Source: Rhodothermales bacterium (GTDB lineage Bacteria > Bacteroidota > Rhodothermia > Rhodothermales > Bin80). From it: DNA of 64,000 nucleotides. The position numbers were made by a program, and so were the translations under genes. The DNA is taken from assembly GCA_022822185.1 (NCBI GenBank), contig JAJECE010000060.1, positions 64,025 to 128,024 of the forward strand, given 5' to 3'. The notes beneath the pieces are model-generated. The model made no database searches and had not been told where the DNA came from. It saw only the letters and a list, made by a program, of their open reading frames with translations. This document shows positions 27,575-39,462 of this stretch, one piece after another; the stretch's first letter is position 1; every line of letters begins with the position of its first letter.

Positions 27575-30415
27575 TCAGGCAGGCACCGTCTGCGGGGCGA
27601 GCAGCGGGGCCAGAAAACGCCCGGTATGGCTTTCAGGAACGCGGGCGATCTCTTCGGGCGTACCCGAGGCAATAATGCGTCCGCCTTTGGAGCCGCCCTC
27701 GGGGCCCAGATCAATGATATGATCCGCACATTTGAGCGTATCCAGATTGTGCTCAATGATGACGACGGTATGTTGCGCATCCGCAAGCTGCTCAAATGCG
27801 CGGACGAGCTTCTGTACATCTACAAAATGCAGTCCGGTAGTGGGCTCGTCAAAGATGTAAAAGACATGATAATTCGCCTGCCGGACCAGACAGCTTGCCA
27901 GCTTAATACGCTGTGCCTCTCCCCCGGACAGGGTGGGGGCCGGCTGGCCCAGTTTCAGGTATCCGAGTCCAATTAACTGGAGTGGCAGGAGCAGTTTGCG
28001 CAGACGGGGCTGATCACTGAAAAATTCCAGTGCCTCGTCAACGGTCAGGTTGAGGACATCATGGATATTTTTGCCGTTATGGAGCACATGCAGTGCTTCC
28101 TCGCTGTACCGGGTCCCGTTGCATTCTTCGCAGGGAAGATGGAGATCGGCCAGAAACTGCATTTCCACGGTAACCGTCCCCTCCCCGTCACATTCCTCGC
28201 AGCGTCCGCCGGGGATGTTAAACGAAAAAAATCCAGGCTGATAGTTATGCAGTTTTGATTGGGGCGTTCGTGCAAAGAGATGCCGAATCACATCAAAGGC
28301 CTTCACATAAGTGACAGGATTGGAGCGTGAAGATCGCCCAATCGGCGACTGATCAACAATCTGGACCGCATTAATGCTGCGGTGCACCTTCATGGATTGA
28401 TAGGGTAGGGAATCTTTGTCGGGAAAGTAAGCCTCCAGATGCTCCTTCAGCCCTCGGTAAAGAATTTCCTGGACCAGTGTAGATTTTCCGGATCCACTGA
28501 CTCCCGTCACACAGGTGATCACTTCCAGCGGGATTTTTACATCAAGGTTTTTGAGGTTGTGCAGGTTTGCGCCTTTGATTTCGACGCTGCGATTCCAATC
28601 CGGCCTGCGGCGTTTTTCAGGGAGGGGGATGGATTCGTGACCATTGAGGTAGGCACCGGTTGTTGAGCCGGTATGCGCAAGCATTTCGTGGATGTCCCCC
28701 TGAAACATCAGTTCCCCTCCCCGGCTTCCGGACTCAGGTCCCAGATCAATGATATGGTCTGCACTGCGGATCACATCGGGGTCATGCTCCACCACAATTA
28801 CCGTATTTCCCAGATCCCGCATGCGCTTGAGAATATTCACCAGACGCAAGGTGTCTCTGGGGTGCAGTCCAATCGTTGGCTCATCCAAAACATAAAGGGC
28901 ACCGACCAGAGCGCTTCCGAGCGCGGTGGCCAGACGGATACGCTGACTCTCCCCGCCGCTGAGCGTCTCAGATAACCGCCCTAGTGTGATATACTCGAGG
29001 CCAACATCAATCAGGAAGCGGAGGCGTTTGCGGATTTCGTGAAGCAGGACCTCGGAGGCTTCCTGTTCATACCGGGAGAGTTCAAGGTGATCAAAAAACT
29101 CTTTTGCCTCCTGGATCGTCAGTTCCATCACCTCTCCAATATGCTTTCCACCGATCCGTACATACAGCGCATCTTTGCAGAGGCGTGCACCGTTACACTG
29201 AATACAATCCCCGAAGCCCATGAATTTGGCATGATGGAAGCGGTAGGTCTTTTTGTAGAGATCACGCTTCAGGCGTTCAAAGAAGCCAAAAATCCCGCCG
29301 TAGCCTGCCCCGTCTCCATGCCATAAAACGTGCTTGTGTGCTTCGGAAAGATCCTCATACGGCGTATCTGGGTCAATGCGCATCTTTCGTGCAAAGTTGA
29401 GCATATCCTTCTTGGAGGATTCCCATTGTGATCCTTCAAGGGGTTTGAAGACTCCCTCGGAGAGGGACAGCGTTGGGTCCGGGATGACGAGGTTATGATC
29501 CAGTCCCTTCGAGCGGCCGTATCCGTTGCAGGAGCGGCAGGCACCGAGCGAACTGGTGAACGAGAACAGTTTGGGATGGGGCTCTATGAATTCCATCCCG
29601 TCTAATTCAAGCCACTTGGAGAAATCCAGACGCGATTCCAGTACATCCCGTGACTTTGCCGAAGGGATGAGGATAAAGCAGTCTCCGTTCCCCTCCCGAA
29701 ATGCCAATTCAACCGAATCCGCAATGCGGCTGGTGGTCTTGTCATCTTCCTTTTTGACCACAAGACGGTCAAGCAGAATCAGAGACAAACACGCAAGTTC
29801 AGGGAGATCCTGTGGATGGCACTGGTTCAGATCAAGAATCTTGATCTTTTTTTGTTCTGAGCGATCAATGATCCGGTGGAAGCCTTTTTCCTTGAGTACA
29901 TCAATAAAAAGGGATTTGATCCCGATGTCCGGGGCCGGGCAGGTGAGATAGAAGCGTGTACCGTCGGGCAGCGTATTCTGGAGGGTATTGGCGACGGATC
30001 GAGGGGTGTCCCGGGTGACCTCTCTGCCGCTGATCGGAGAAATGATCTTGCCGATCTGGGCATAGAGCATGCGGAGATGATCATAGATTTCAGTCTGGGT
30101 CGCAACCGTTGAACGTGGATTTTTTGAGAGTACGCGCTGCTCAATGGCGATTGCAGGTGCAAGTCCCGTGATATAGTCTACGTCAGGCTTATCCATTCGC
30201 TCCAGAAACTGACGCGCATAGGAACTCAGACTTTCTGTATATCGCCGTTGCCCCTCTGCAAAGATCGTATCAAAGGCGAGGCTTGACTTCCCCGAACCGG
30301 AGGGACCGGTCACAACGACCAGTCGCCGCTTTGGCAAGGTCAGGTCAAACCCCTTTAAGTTATGCTGACGGGCTCCCCGGACGGTGATGTAATCACGGGG
30401 ACTTAAATGAGACAT
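27575..30415 (-). CDS. uvrA: excinuclease ABC subunit A
   Basis: ITVRGARQHNLKGFDL, two ABC ATPase modules (GPSGSGKSSLAF, GVSGSGKSTLV, LSGGE signatures), and zinc-finger Cys pairs. The ATG at 30415 is preferred over the TTG at 30430. Confidence 0.95.
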   Translation of the reverse strand: MSHLSPRDYITVRGARQHNLKGFDLTLPKRRLVVVTGPSGSGKSSLAFDTIFAEGQRRYTESLSSYARQFLERMDKPDVDYITGLAPAIAIEQRVLSKNPRSTVATQTEIYDHLRMLYAQIGKIISPISGREVTRDTPRSVANTLQNTLPDGTRFYLTCPAPDIGIKSLFIDVLKEKGFHRIIDRSEQKKIKILDLNQCHPQDLPELACLSLILLDRLVVKKEDDKTTSRIADSVELAFREGNGDCFILIPSAKSRDVLESRLDFSKWLELDGMEFIEPHPKLFSFTSSLGACRSCNGYGRSKGLDHNLVIPDPTLSLSEGVFKPLEGSQWESSKKDMLNFARKMRIDPDTPYEDLSEAHKHVLWHGDGAGYGGIFGFFERLKRDLYKKTYRFHHAKFMGFGDCIQCNGARLCKDALYVRIGGKHIGEVMELTIQEAKEFFDHLELSRYEQEASEVLLHEIRKRLRFLIDVGLEYITLGRLSETLSGGESQRIRLATALGSALVGALYVLDEPTIGLHPRDTLRLVNILKRMRDLGNTVIVVEHDPDVIRSADHIIDLGPESGSRGGELMFQGDIHEMLAHTGSTTGAYLNGHESIPLPEKRRRPDWNRSVEIKGANLHNLKNLDVKIPLEVITCVTGVSGSGKSTLVQEILYRGLKEHLEAYFPDKDSLPYQSMKVHRSINAVQIVDQSPIGRSSRSNPVTYVKAFDVIRHLFARTPQSKLHNYQPGFFSFNIPGGRCEECDGEGTVTVEMQFLADLHLPCEECNGTRYSEEALHVLHNGKNIHDVLNLTVDEALEFFSDQPRLRKLLLPLQLIGLGYLKLGQPAPTLSGGEAQRIKLASCLVRQANYHVFYIFDEPTTGLHFVDVQKLVRAFEQLADAQHTVVIIEHNLDTLKCADHIIDLGPEGGSKGGRIIASGTPEEIARVPESHTGRFLAPLLAPQTVPA

Positions 30416-30526
30416 CCGAATTGAGATCAAACGCCCTTCTACGCCTGTCCGGCCGGTTTGCTCACGGAACCCGGCGGCAATGCATCTGTAGCAGGGGGAT
30501 GCCGGTACGAGTGCTCACGTTTCTAT

Positions 30527-32557
30527 ATGATTTTTGTTAATCCGCTGGTCCTGATCGGATTAATTGCAGCGGTTCTTCCCTTACTCGTACATCTGTTTAA
30601 CTTCCGCCGGCCGAAGCGCCTGGAGTACAGTTCCCTTGCTTTATTGCAGTCGATCCAGCGCGTGGCCGTACAGCGCGTGCGTGTCCGCAATTGGCTGCTT
30701 CTTCTTTTGCGGACATTGGCATTATGCGCACTGGTCTTTGTGTTTGCGAGGCCGACGCTGGTTGGGTCGTCCAGTATGCAGTTTTTGGGTCGTTCGAATG
30801 TCTCCGCAGTTCTGGCTATTGACGGCTCATTGTCGATGATGCAGCGGGATGCGGAGGGAACACGTCTGGAGCAGGCAAAGGCGATGGCGCAGTCCATCGC
30901 GGGGGCCGCTGCCCCGGGGGATGAGTTCTTTGTGATGCGCACGGATCAGGAGCAGATGGACACTGCGAATGATTTGATGGAGTTGCAGCCAACGTATGCG
31001 ACCATTGCGGCCACCTCGGCCATACGGCAGGCAGCGGAATTACTGAATCAGGAAGCGGCGCATCTAAACAAGGTGATCTACTATGTAGGGGATCTCCAGG
31101 AGTCCACATTGACGGATTCCGTACAGACACCGCTGCCGGAAGGCGTTCGTGTGATGCTGATTCCCGTTGGTGGAACCGAAGCGAAGGCCAATGTGGGAAT
31201 TACCGATGTGCGCGTTGTGAGCAGGATAGTGGATCCCGGTACACCGGTTGCAGTGGAGGCAACGGTGGTCAATCATGGTCGCTCTCCCATTGAGGACTAT
31301 GCGGTGAGCCTATATCTGGGAGACAGGCGGGTCGCACAAACCAGTGTTGCTCTGGCCCCGGATGTGCCGGTCCGTGCAGTACTTCGGGGCGTACCGGAGA
31401 CGCGTGGATGGACTGCAGGCTATGTTATGACGGAGGATGATGGACTTGCGGAGGATAATCAGCGACATTTTACGATCAATGTACCGGAGCGAAGAGATAT
31501 CCTGGTGGTGCAGGGTGCCCGGGCACGGACGGAGCATGTGGAGCTGGCTCTTTCTTTGCGCAATCAGTCTGGTGGATTACAGACAACGAAAATTTCACAG
31601 CGCACACTGGCAGCGGCGCCACTCAGCCGGTATTCGGCAATCTTTCTGGTGGGACCGGATGCGCTCAGCAGCGGCGAGGTGGGCAGACTGGATCAGTATG
31701 TACAGGATGGCGGAGGTCTGCTGATCTTTCCGGGTGCAGATCCGGCTCCGGTCAATTCACTCATGGAGATCTTTGAAGCGGGGAGGATAACGGTTCAGGA
31801 ATGGGAAACCTCCATTGAATCGGCAGACTTTGAGCATCCGCTGTTTGAAGGAGTCTTTACGGCTTCCGAGCGTACGCAGAGACTGGAGGCGGTGCGTGTG
31901 CATCGTGCTGCAAGATATGTGCCTGGAACTGTGGCGGAGCAGACGTTGATCACTCTTCTGGGAGAAGTGCCGCTGTTACAGGAAATCCAGTACGAGGACG
32001 GTCATGTCCTCTTTCTGGCGGTTGCGCCGGAGTTGTCATGGAGTGATCTGCCCGTCCGGGGTTTGTTTGTCCCTTTGATGTATCGGGCCGCACATTATCT
32101 GTCTGCCGGGGGATCGGTGCAGGGCGAAAAACTCCTGACCCGTCAGGAAGCTACAATCAGAATTCCTGCTGTGCAGGGCCAAATTACACTGCAAATGCCC
32201 GATGGAACGCAGCAGATGCCGACCCAACGCCAAGTTTTTGGTGCAAGTTTGATTACGTTTGAAGCGGATTCTCCAGGGATCACACAGGTATGGGCGGGAA
32301 ACCGCCCCGTGCGGCTTGTCAGTGTTGGGCTGGATCCCCGGGAATCCCGTCTCTCCTATGTAGATCCCGAAGCGGCGGGCGATCTGCTGGAAGAGGCGTT
32401 AGAAGTTCCGGTTGCTGTTCTGGAGGTGGATTCCGAGAATGAGACAGCGATGCGGCAGGCACGTGGAGGGATAGAACTCTGGCGGCACTTTCTGGTGCTG
32501 GCACTGGTTCTTCTGGCAGCAGAAATGATGGTCGCGTCCCGCTGGCGGAGTCGTTAA
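30527..32557 (+). CDS. BatA-N-terminal-domain / vWA-like membrane protein
   Basis: The N-terminus MIFVNPLVLIGLIAAVLPLLVHLFNFRRPKRLEYSSLALL is the aerotolerance-regulator BatA N-terminal signature. A vWA-like DGSLSM motif and a C-terminal TM are present. Start taken at the ATG at 30527. Confidence 0.65.
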   Translation: MIFVNPLVLIGLIAAVLPLLVHLFNFRRPKRLEYSSLALLQSIQRVAVQRVRVRNWLLLLLRTLALCALVFVFARPTLVGSSSMQFLGRSNVSAVLAIDGSLSMMQRDAEGTRLEQAKAMAQSIAGAAAPGDEFFVMRTDQEQMDTANDLMELQPTYATIAATSAIRQAAELLNQEAAHLNKVIYYVGDLQESTLTDSVQTPLPEGVRVMLIPVGGTEAKANVGITDVRVVSRIVDPGTPVAVEATVVNHGRSPIEDYAVSLYLGDRRVAQTSVALAPDVPVRAVLRGVPETRGWTAGYVMTEDDGLAEDNQRHFTINVPERRDILVVQGARARTEHVELALSLRNQSGGLQTTKISQRTLAAAPLSRYSAIFLVGPDALSSGEVGRLDQYVQDGGGLLIFPGADPAPVNSLMEIFEAGRITVQEWETSIESADFEHPLFEGVFTASERTQRLEAVRVHRAARYVPGTVAEQTLITLLGEVPLLQEIQYEDGHVLFLAVAPELSWSDLPVRGLFVPLMYRAAHYLSAGGSVQGEKLLTRQEATIRIPAVQGQITLQMPDGTQQMPTQRQVFGASLITFEADSPGITQVWAGNRPVRLVSVGLDPRESRLSYVDPEAAGDLLEEALEVPVAVLEVDSENETAMRQARGGIELWRHFLVLALVLLAAEMMVASRWRSR

Positions 32558-32559
32558 GC

Positions 32560-33894
32560 ATGGGACGGAGGCTACCTATTACAGGCGAGCCGCATCAGGA
32601 AACGGTCCTGCTGGTCGGCGCGGTACATGCAAAAGGAAGTGGCGATGACTCGCTTGATGAGTTGGCGCAATTGGCGGAAACCGCCGGTGCATCTGTGGTC
32701 GGACGTGTGAAGCAGGTCCTGCAGCGGCCGAATCCTGCGACCTATATCGGATCGGGAAAAGTCGAGGAGATTGCAGAGGTCGTGCAGAACGAAAAAATCA
32801 ACACCGTATTATTTGATGACGAGTTGAGTCCTAACCAGCTTCGGAATCTTGAACGGCGGGTTGGCTGCAAACTCATTGACCGCCCCCAGCTCATCCTGGA
32901 TATTTTTGCGAAGCGGGCCAAAACGGCGGTCGCAAAGACCCAGGTGGAATTAGCGCAGCTGGACTATCTGCGGACGCGGTTAACAAGGCAGTGGACTCAC
33001 CTTTCAAGGCAGCAGGGAGGGATCGGGACAAGGGGGCCTGGAGAGACCCAGATTGAGACGGACCGCAGACTGATCGGGCAGCGTATGGCGACGCTCCGTG
33101 AACGCCTGAAGCGCATTGACCGGCAGCGTACAACCCAGAGAAGACGAAGAGAAAAGTATTGCCGGATTGCGCTGGTCGGTTATACGAATGCAGGAAAATC
33201 CACCCTGATGAATGCCCTCTCTGAAAGTGGCGTTTTTGCGGAGGACAGGCTCTTTGCCACGCTGGATGCAACCACCCGTCAGTGGCCGCTGTCGAGTTCA
33301 ACAACCGTGCTTTTGTCGGATACCGTCGGATTCATCCGCAAACTGCCGCACAAACTGATTGAGAGCTTCAAGAGTACTCTCGACGAAGTGCGTCAGAGTG
33401 ATGTGCTGCTTCATGTGGTCAGCGCCGCGCACCCAAATTTTGAAAATCAGATGATGGTGGTACGTCAGACCTTGCGGGAGATCGGTGCACTGGAGATCCC
33501 GACTCTGCTCATTTTGAACAAGATTGACGTACTGAAAGAACCCGCCGAAACTCTGGCGGTTCTGAAACGTGACTATCCCGAGGCAATTCCGATTGCCGCT
33601 CTACGCGGAATTGGCCTGAATATGCTGACCCGCCGTGTGGAGGAGATGGTGCAGGGGACCCAGATAGAAGACTCGGCCCTGATTCCGGTTACGGATGGTC
33701 GTACAATGGCTGAAGTGCAGCGGCTGGGAGAGATTTTGAGCCAGGAATTGGTTCAGGTGAGCCGCCATGGGGAAGTGCTTCAGGAAGGGGCACTCTATGT
33801 GCATTATCGCATCGCAAAGGATAAATCGGCCGAACTCAATCGCCTCCTCGCACCTCACAAAGGATTGAAGCGAATCCTGCAGGAGGTTATATGA
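32560..33894 (+). CDS. hflX: GTPase HflX
   Basis: HflX N-domain (LDELAQLAETAGA, LSPNQLRNLE, QVELAQLDY) and G domain (GYTNAGKSTLMN, DTVGF, NKID). Confidence 0.9.
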   Translation: MGRRLPITGEPHQETVLLVGAVHAKGSGDDSLDELAQLAETAGASVVGRVKQVLQRPNPATYIGSGKVEEIAEVVQNEKINTVLFDDELSPNQLRNLERRVGCKLIDRPQLILDIFAKRAKTAVAKTQVELAQLDYLRTRLTRQWTHLSRQQGGIGTRGPGETQIETDRRLIGQRMATLRERLKRIDRQRTTQRRRREKYCRIALVGYTNAGKSTLMNALSESGVFAEDRLFATLDATTRQWPLSSSTTVLLSDTVGFIRKLPHKLIESFKSTLDEVRQSDVLLHVVSAAHPNFENQMMVVRQTLREIGALEIPTLLILNKIDVLKEPAETLAVLKRDYPEAIPIAALRGIGLNMLTRRVEEMVQGTQIEDSALIPVTDGRTMAEVQRLGEILSQELVQVSRHGEVLQEGALYVHYRIAKDKSAELNRLLAPHKGLKRILQEVI

Positions 33895-34182
33895 AACGAT
33901 GGGCTGAATGGGGTTCGCAACACGGTGCCATGAATTATGTTGCCGCCCAAAGGAACAAGTAGGGTGCGGAATGGTTACCCGTGTGTTGCTGGTACATTGG
34001 AGAAGAGCCACCTCTTTGATGGTATCGGCTCATTGTGCAATAGAAATTCAATGCATACAGTTTAGTGGTCTTGAATCGGCAATTCGAGGCTTGTCCAATC
34101 GGGGTGCTCGCATTACGGGTTTTGTCCCGTGATTGCGCGTTACGGCCTGCATCCGGCAAAGAGCGGCGGGCAGGTGCAGTGA

Positions 34183-36129
<1,947 letters not shown>

Positions 36130-36135
36130 CCAGTC

Positions 36136-37071
36136 ATGCCTGATGTCGGGGTTGTTGTTCCGGTCTATGAAGAGGCGGCCTCTCTTGCGACTCTTGCAAG
36201 GGAAATACGAAGCAGTTGTGAAGCGGGTGAATTGACCTTTGAGGTCTGGTTCATTGATGACGGCTCCCGTGACGATTCCTGGGCGGAGATTCTGCGGCAG
36301 CGCGAAGCGGATGAACGATTCCATGGGATTCGCCTTCGTCGCAACTACGGCAAGAGTGCGGCACTTGCTGCCGGGTTTGAGCGTGTGAATGCACGCGTTG
36401 TGATCACAATGGACGCGGACCTGCAGGATGATCCGGGTGAAATTCCATCCCTTGTGGCGGCGGTGGATGCAGGGGAGGATCTTGTAAGCGGCTGGAAAAA
36501 GTTTCGAAAAGATCCGTGGACCAAAACCCTGCCTAGCCGCTTCTTCAATCTGGTAACCCGGATTGTATCCGGGATCCCGCTCCACGACTTTAACTGCGGG
36601 CTGAAAGCCTACCGGCTTGAAGTCATCAAATCGGTGAAGATCTATGGGGAGATGCACCGGTATATACCTCTTTTGGCGAAATGGGAGGGCTTTACCCGGA
36701 TTGGTGAGCGACGGGTAAATCATCGGAGCCGCCGGCATGGCCAGTCAAAGTTCGGGTTTGAGCGGTATGTCCGTGGCTGTCTGGATCTGATGACGGTAAT
36801 GTTTCTGACCCGCTTTGGCGGGCGTCCCATGCATTTTTTCGGATCAATGGGGCTGTTGGCATTTTTGGGAGGCTTTGTGATCAGTCTGTGGATCACGATG
36901 GACAAATTTGTTTACGACAACCCGGTCGGGGACCGCCCCTCTCTTTTGCTTGGGGCATTGCTCATTATGGTGGGAGTGCAGTTTATGTGCACAGGATTTT
37001 TGGGGGATCTGATTTTACGCGGGCGCATGAAAGAAAGCCGTCCGTACGAAATCACCGAGAGCACCAAGTGA
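36136..37071 (+). CDS. glycosyltransferase family 2 (polyprenol-phosphate glycosyltransferase, GtrB/ArnC-like)
   Basis: VVVPVYEE, FIDDGSRD, MDADLQDDP (DXD), and two C-terminal TM helices. Confidence 0.85.
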   Translation: MPDVGVVVPVYEEAASLATLAREIRSSCEAGELTFEVWFIDDGSRDDSWAEILRQREADERFHGIRLRRNYGKSAALAAGFERVNARVVITMDADLQDDPGEIPSLVAAVDAGEDLVSGWKKFRKDPWTKTLPSRFFNLVTRIVSGIPLHDFNCGLKAYRLEVIKSVKIYGEMHRYIPLLAKWEGFTRIGERRVNHRSRRHGQSKFGFERYVRGCLDLMTVMFLTRFGGRPMHFFGSMGLLAFLGGFVISLWITMDKFVYDNPVGDRPSLLLGALLIMVGVQFMCTGFLGDLILRGRMKESRPYEITESTK

Positions 37072-37244
37072 ATCAACTACTGCTGCTATTGGTGTCCGGC
37101 CTGCCTTTAACCATTCAAGAAACGTACCCATTTTAACCCGAAACCAAACGTAAAAAATTGATCCCAAAATAAGCACTGCCAGATGGGCAACTTCATCTGA
37201 ATACACATACCACACGCAGTTGTGTTGTCTAACTCTGTGATCAT

Positions 37245-37265
37245 ACTTTATCCACGGGCTGCTAG
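37245..37265. repeat. solo copy of dispersed 21-bp motif ACTTTATCCACGGGCTGCTAG
   Basis: 21/21 identical to the reverse complement of 62706-62726. It is near-identical to both ends of the 5142-5328 element. Confidence 0.8.
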
Positions 37266-37391
37266 ACAACAAAAGCATCCGAATTGAGTTCGCGTGAAAG
37301 TCACCTGCAATTTTACCGGTGGGAATCTAGGTTAGGTAACTGTTTTGCGTAACAGGTATCCTCAGCAGTGGACCCCGCACATGCTGAATGC

Positions 37392-38270
37392 TTAACATGG
37401 GCCTATCATGCCCCTTCGAATCTTATGTATTGTGCTCAGGGCCAAACCAAACTCTTCGGCGATGTCTTTCGGGCTCTCCCCTTTCTGGACCCGGCGGACG
37501 ATTTCGGCGTTCCGTTCTTTCCGTTCCTCTTTCGTGCCCCTGAGCCGAATTCCTGCCTTCCAGCAGATATGGGCTACCCCCCCTAGGGTTAATCCAAAGT
37601 CGTGCGCAATGTCTTTGTGAGTTTCTCCTTTCTGGACCCGGCGGATGATTTCGGCGTTCCGTTCTTTCCGTTCCTCTTTGGTGCCTATGGTGTTCAATCC
37701 TGCTTCCCGGCAGATGTTGTTTACCATAACCGTAGACAGTCCGAACTCTTTAGCCACTGCTTTTTGACTTTCCTTCCTCCGGACCTTGCGAATGATTTCG
37801 GCGTTTCGCTCTTCCCGTTCCTCCTTGGTGCTACCCATAGTGGTCAGCCCCGCTTCCCGGCAGATATTGTTCACCATCACCGCAGACAGTCCGAACTCTT
37901 TAGCCACTGCTACCTGGGTTTTCCCGGCCTTAACTCTGCGAACGATTTCCGCGTTCCGTGCTTGGCGTTCTTCTTTGGTTCCTTTGGGTGCGCGACGGCT
38001 GATTATGCCCGCCTTCCTGCAGATCTTGGAAACCCGAGAGGATGTCAGGCCAAAGTCCACCGCGACGGCGTTTAGCGTTTCCCCTTCTCGGATCCGGCGG
38101 ATAATCTTCGCGTTCCGTTCTCTGCGTTTCTCCCTGCCGTTCAATCCCTTCGCATAGCAGATATTGGATACTGTGATCGGAGACAGCTCGAATTTTTTGG
38201 CTACGGCCGCATGAGTTTCGCCTGCCTGGATCCGGCGGACGATCTCCGCGTTTCGTTTGTGGTTGATCAT
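37392..38270 (-). CDS. protein composed of six tandem helix-turn-helix modules
   Basis: 292 aa that divide completely into six units of 46-51 aa. Each unit follows the pattern K-E-E-R-x-E-R-N-A-E-I-(I/V)-R-R-(V/I)-x-x-G-E-(S/T)-x-x-x-(I/V)-A-x-x-F-G-L-(S/T)-x-x-x-V-x-x-I-C-x-x-A-G. This is a resolvase, IS630, Mor or sigma-region-4 type HTH signature. Confidence 0.75.
   Translation of the reverse strand: MINHKRNAEIVRRIQAGETHAAVAKKFELSPITVSNICYAKGLNGREKRRERNAKIIRRIREGETLNAVAVDFGLTSSRVSKICRKAGIISRRAPKGTKEERQARNAEIVRRVKAGKTQVAVAKEFGLSAVMVNNICREAGLTTMGSTKEEREERNAEIIRKVRRKESQKAVAKEFGLSTVMVNNICREAGLNTIGTKEERKERNAEIIRRVQKGETHKDIAHDFGLTLGGVAHICWKAGIRLRGTKEERKERNAEIVRRVQKGESPKDIAEEFGLALSTIHKIRRGMIGPC
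37392..38270. repeat. six tandem ~147-bp coding repeats
   Basis: DNA-level periodicity is visible. For example, CTTCCCGGCAGATGTTGTTTACCATAACCGTAGACAGTCCGAACTCTTTAGCCACTGC versus CTTCCCGGCAGATATTGTTCACCATCACCGCAGACAGTCCGAACTCTTTAGCCACTGC one unit later. Confidence 0.8.
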
Positions 38271-38446
38271 GGTTCAGCCTCGGAAGTGATGGATGCAGGC
38301 GGACTATATACCTTCCGCGTGGTCTGGCAGGCTTTGTCATCTGACTTCTCTGCTACAGAATACCGCCAATGTTATTCTAAGTTTCATCCATGGCCTCGTA
38401 TGTGAGCGTGTTATCTTGGATCTTCCCATGTCCTCATGTCCGTCTC

Positions 38447-38617
38447 CTATCTCACATGACCAAGATTTTGCGCACGCCACGATCCGTCTTTCTTACGCCC
38501 CGTGTAGTAGATGTTGGTCAGATCAAAAAAGGCAATCGTTTCGGTAAAATCCAACTCCTTCTGAGTGTGGTGGTAGAGTGCGTCCAGGATCGCTTCCCGG
38601 TTCTCCCGGAGGGGGAA
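38447..38617 (-). pseudogene. IS4/IS1634-type transposase N-terminal fragment
   Basis: The minus-strand frame reads PPFPLRENREAILDALYHHTQKELDFTETIAFFDLTNIYYTGRKKDGSWRAQNLGHVR-stop. The FFDLTNIYYTG block resembles the (F/Y)DxTxxYF motif of these transposases. There is no start codon and no catalytic domain. Confidence 0.35.
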
Positions 38618-38702
38618 AGGCGGTCACGGCAAGGTCAAACTGATTGGCAAATTTGTGCCGCAGGAACTACTTCCATGCCCGATGCGGGGGGCTAGGGGTG
38701 CG

Positions 38703-39197
38703 TTATTTTTTCGCCAGACCTAAGGCCAGTAATTTGTCTCTGAGTTCAATTCCAAGAACGCGGCGGACCTGCTTTTCGGAGACACCCCTGTCGTAGGCCA
38801 CCTTCCGAAGTATGCTTTGCTCCTCATCCGTGTACGGATAATCGTCTATGTACTTGAAACTAAAGTGTTGAATGTCGTACTCCTCTTTCCCCTGAACTTC
38901 ATCCTTTACGGTAATAGCAATCTCATTTGCCCATTTGACAGCGTCCAGATCCTCAGAGATAGCCTTGCCTAAATCAGTGAGTCGTACGGGGCTTTGACTA
39001 GCTGCAACCGCCGGGGGGAGGCGCAAAAATATCTGGTCAATCTTGTCGCGAATCTCCTGCATGAACTCCTTGAAATTCGCCCGGTCCGTGTTGACAGAAC
39101 CATACCACTTCCCTGCGGCGAAAATTAGTGTCACGGCGGGCAGAATTGCTGCTATGGAGAGCCAATTTGACATCAGAGAGTTATGCCATGTGGTCAT
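38703..39197 (-). CDS. hypothetical membrane-anchored protein
   Basis: The ORF has one N-terminal TM (WLSIAAILPAVTLIFAAGKWY) and a roughly 130-aa soluble domain. I recognise no family. Start taken at the ATG at 39197; the ORF is open to 39293. Confidence 0.45.
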   Translation of the reverse strand: MTTWHNSLMSNWLSIAAILPAVTLIFAAGKWYGSVNTDRANFKEFMQEIRDKIDQIFLRLPPAVAASQSPVRLTDLGKAISEDLDAVKWANEIAITVKDEVQGKEEYDIQHFSFKYIDDYPYTDEEQSILRKVAYDRGVSEKQVRRVLGIELRDKLLALGLAKK

Positions 39198-39462
39198 GTG
39201 AACCACAATATACGCTTTACAACGCAAAAAGTGCCAAGTCCTTCGCGGTTCAGGAATCATGCGTAAGCAGTTACATATCGGACGGAGTCTCACATAAAAT
39301 CACCCATGCGTTGCTGTTCCTGGATACAACCGTTATCAGAGACGTGAGGGTGAATACGGCCTGAACAATCAAAAAGTGTCGATGATGAAGATCTGGACTG
39401 CAATACATGTAGCCGATTGCCCCCAAATTTGCATCGATTCTCGTCTGTGTTTTCCCACTCCT

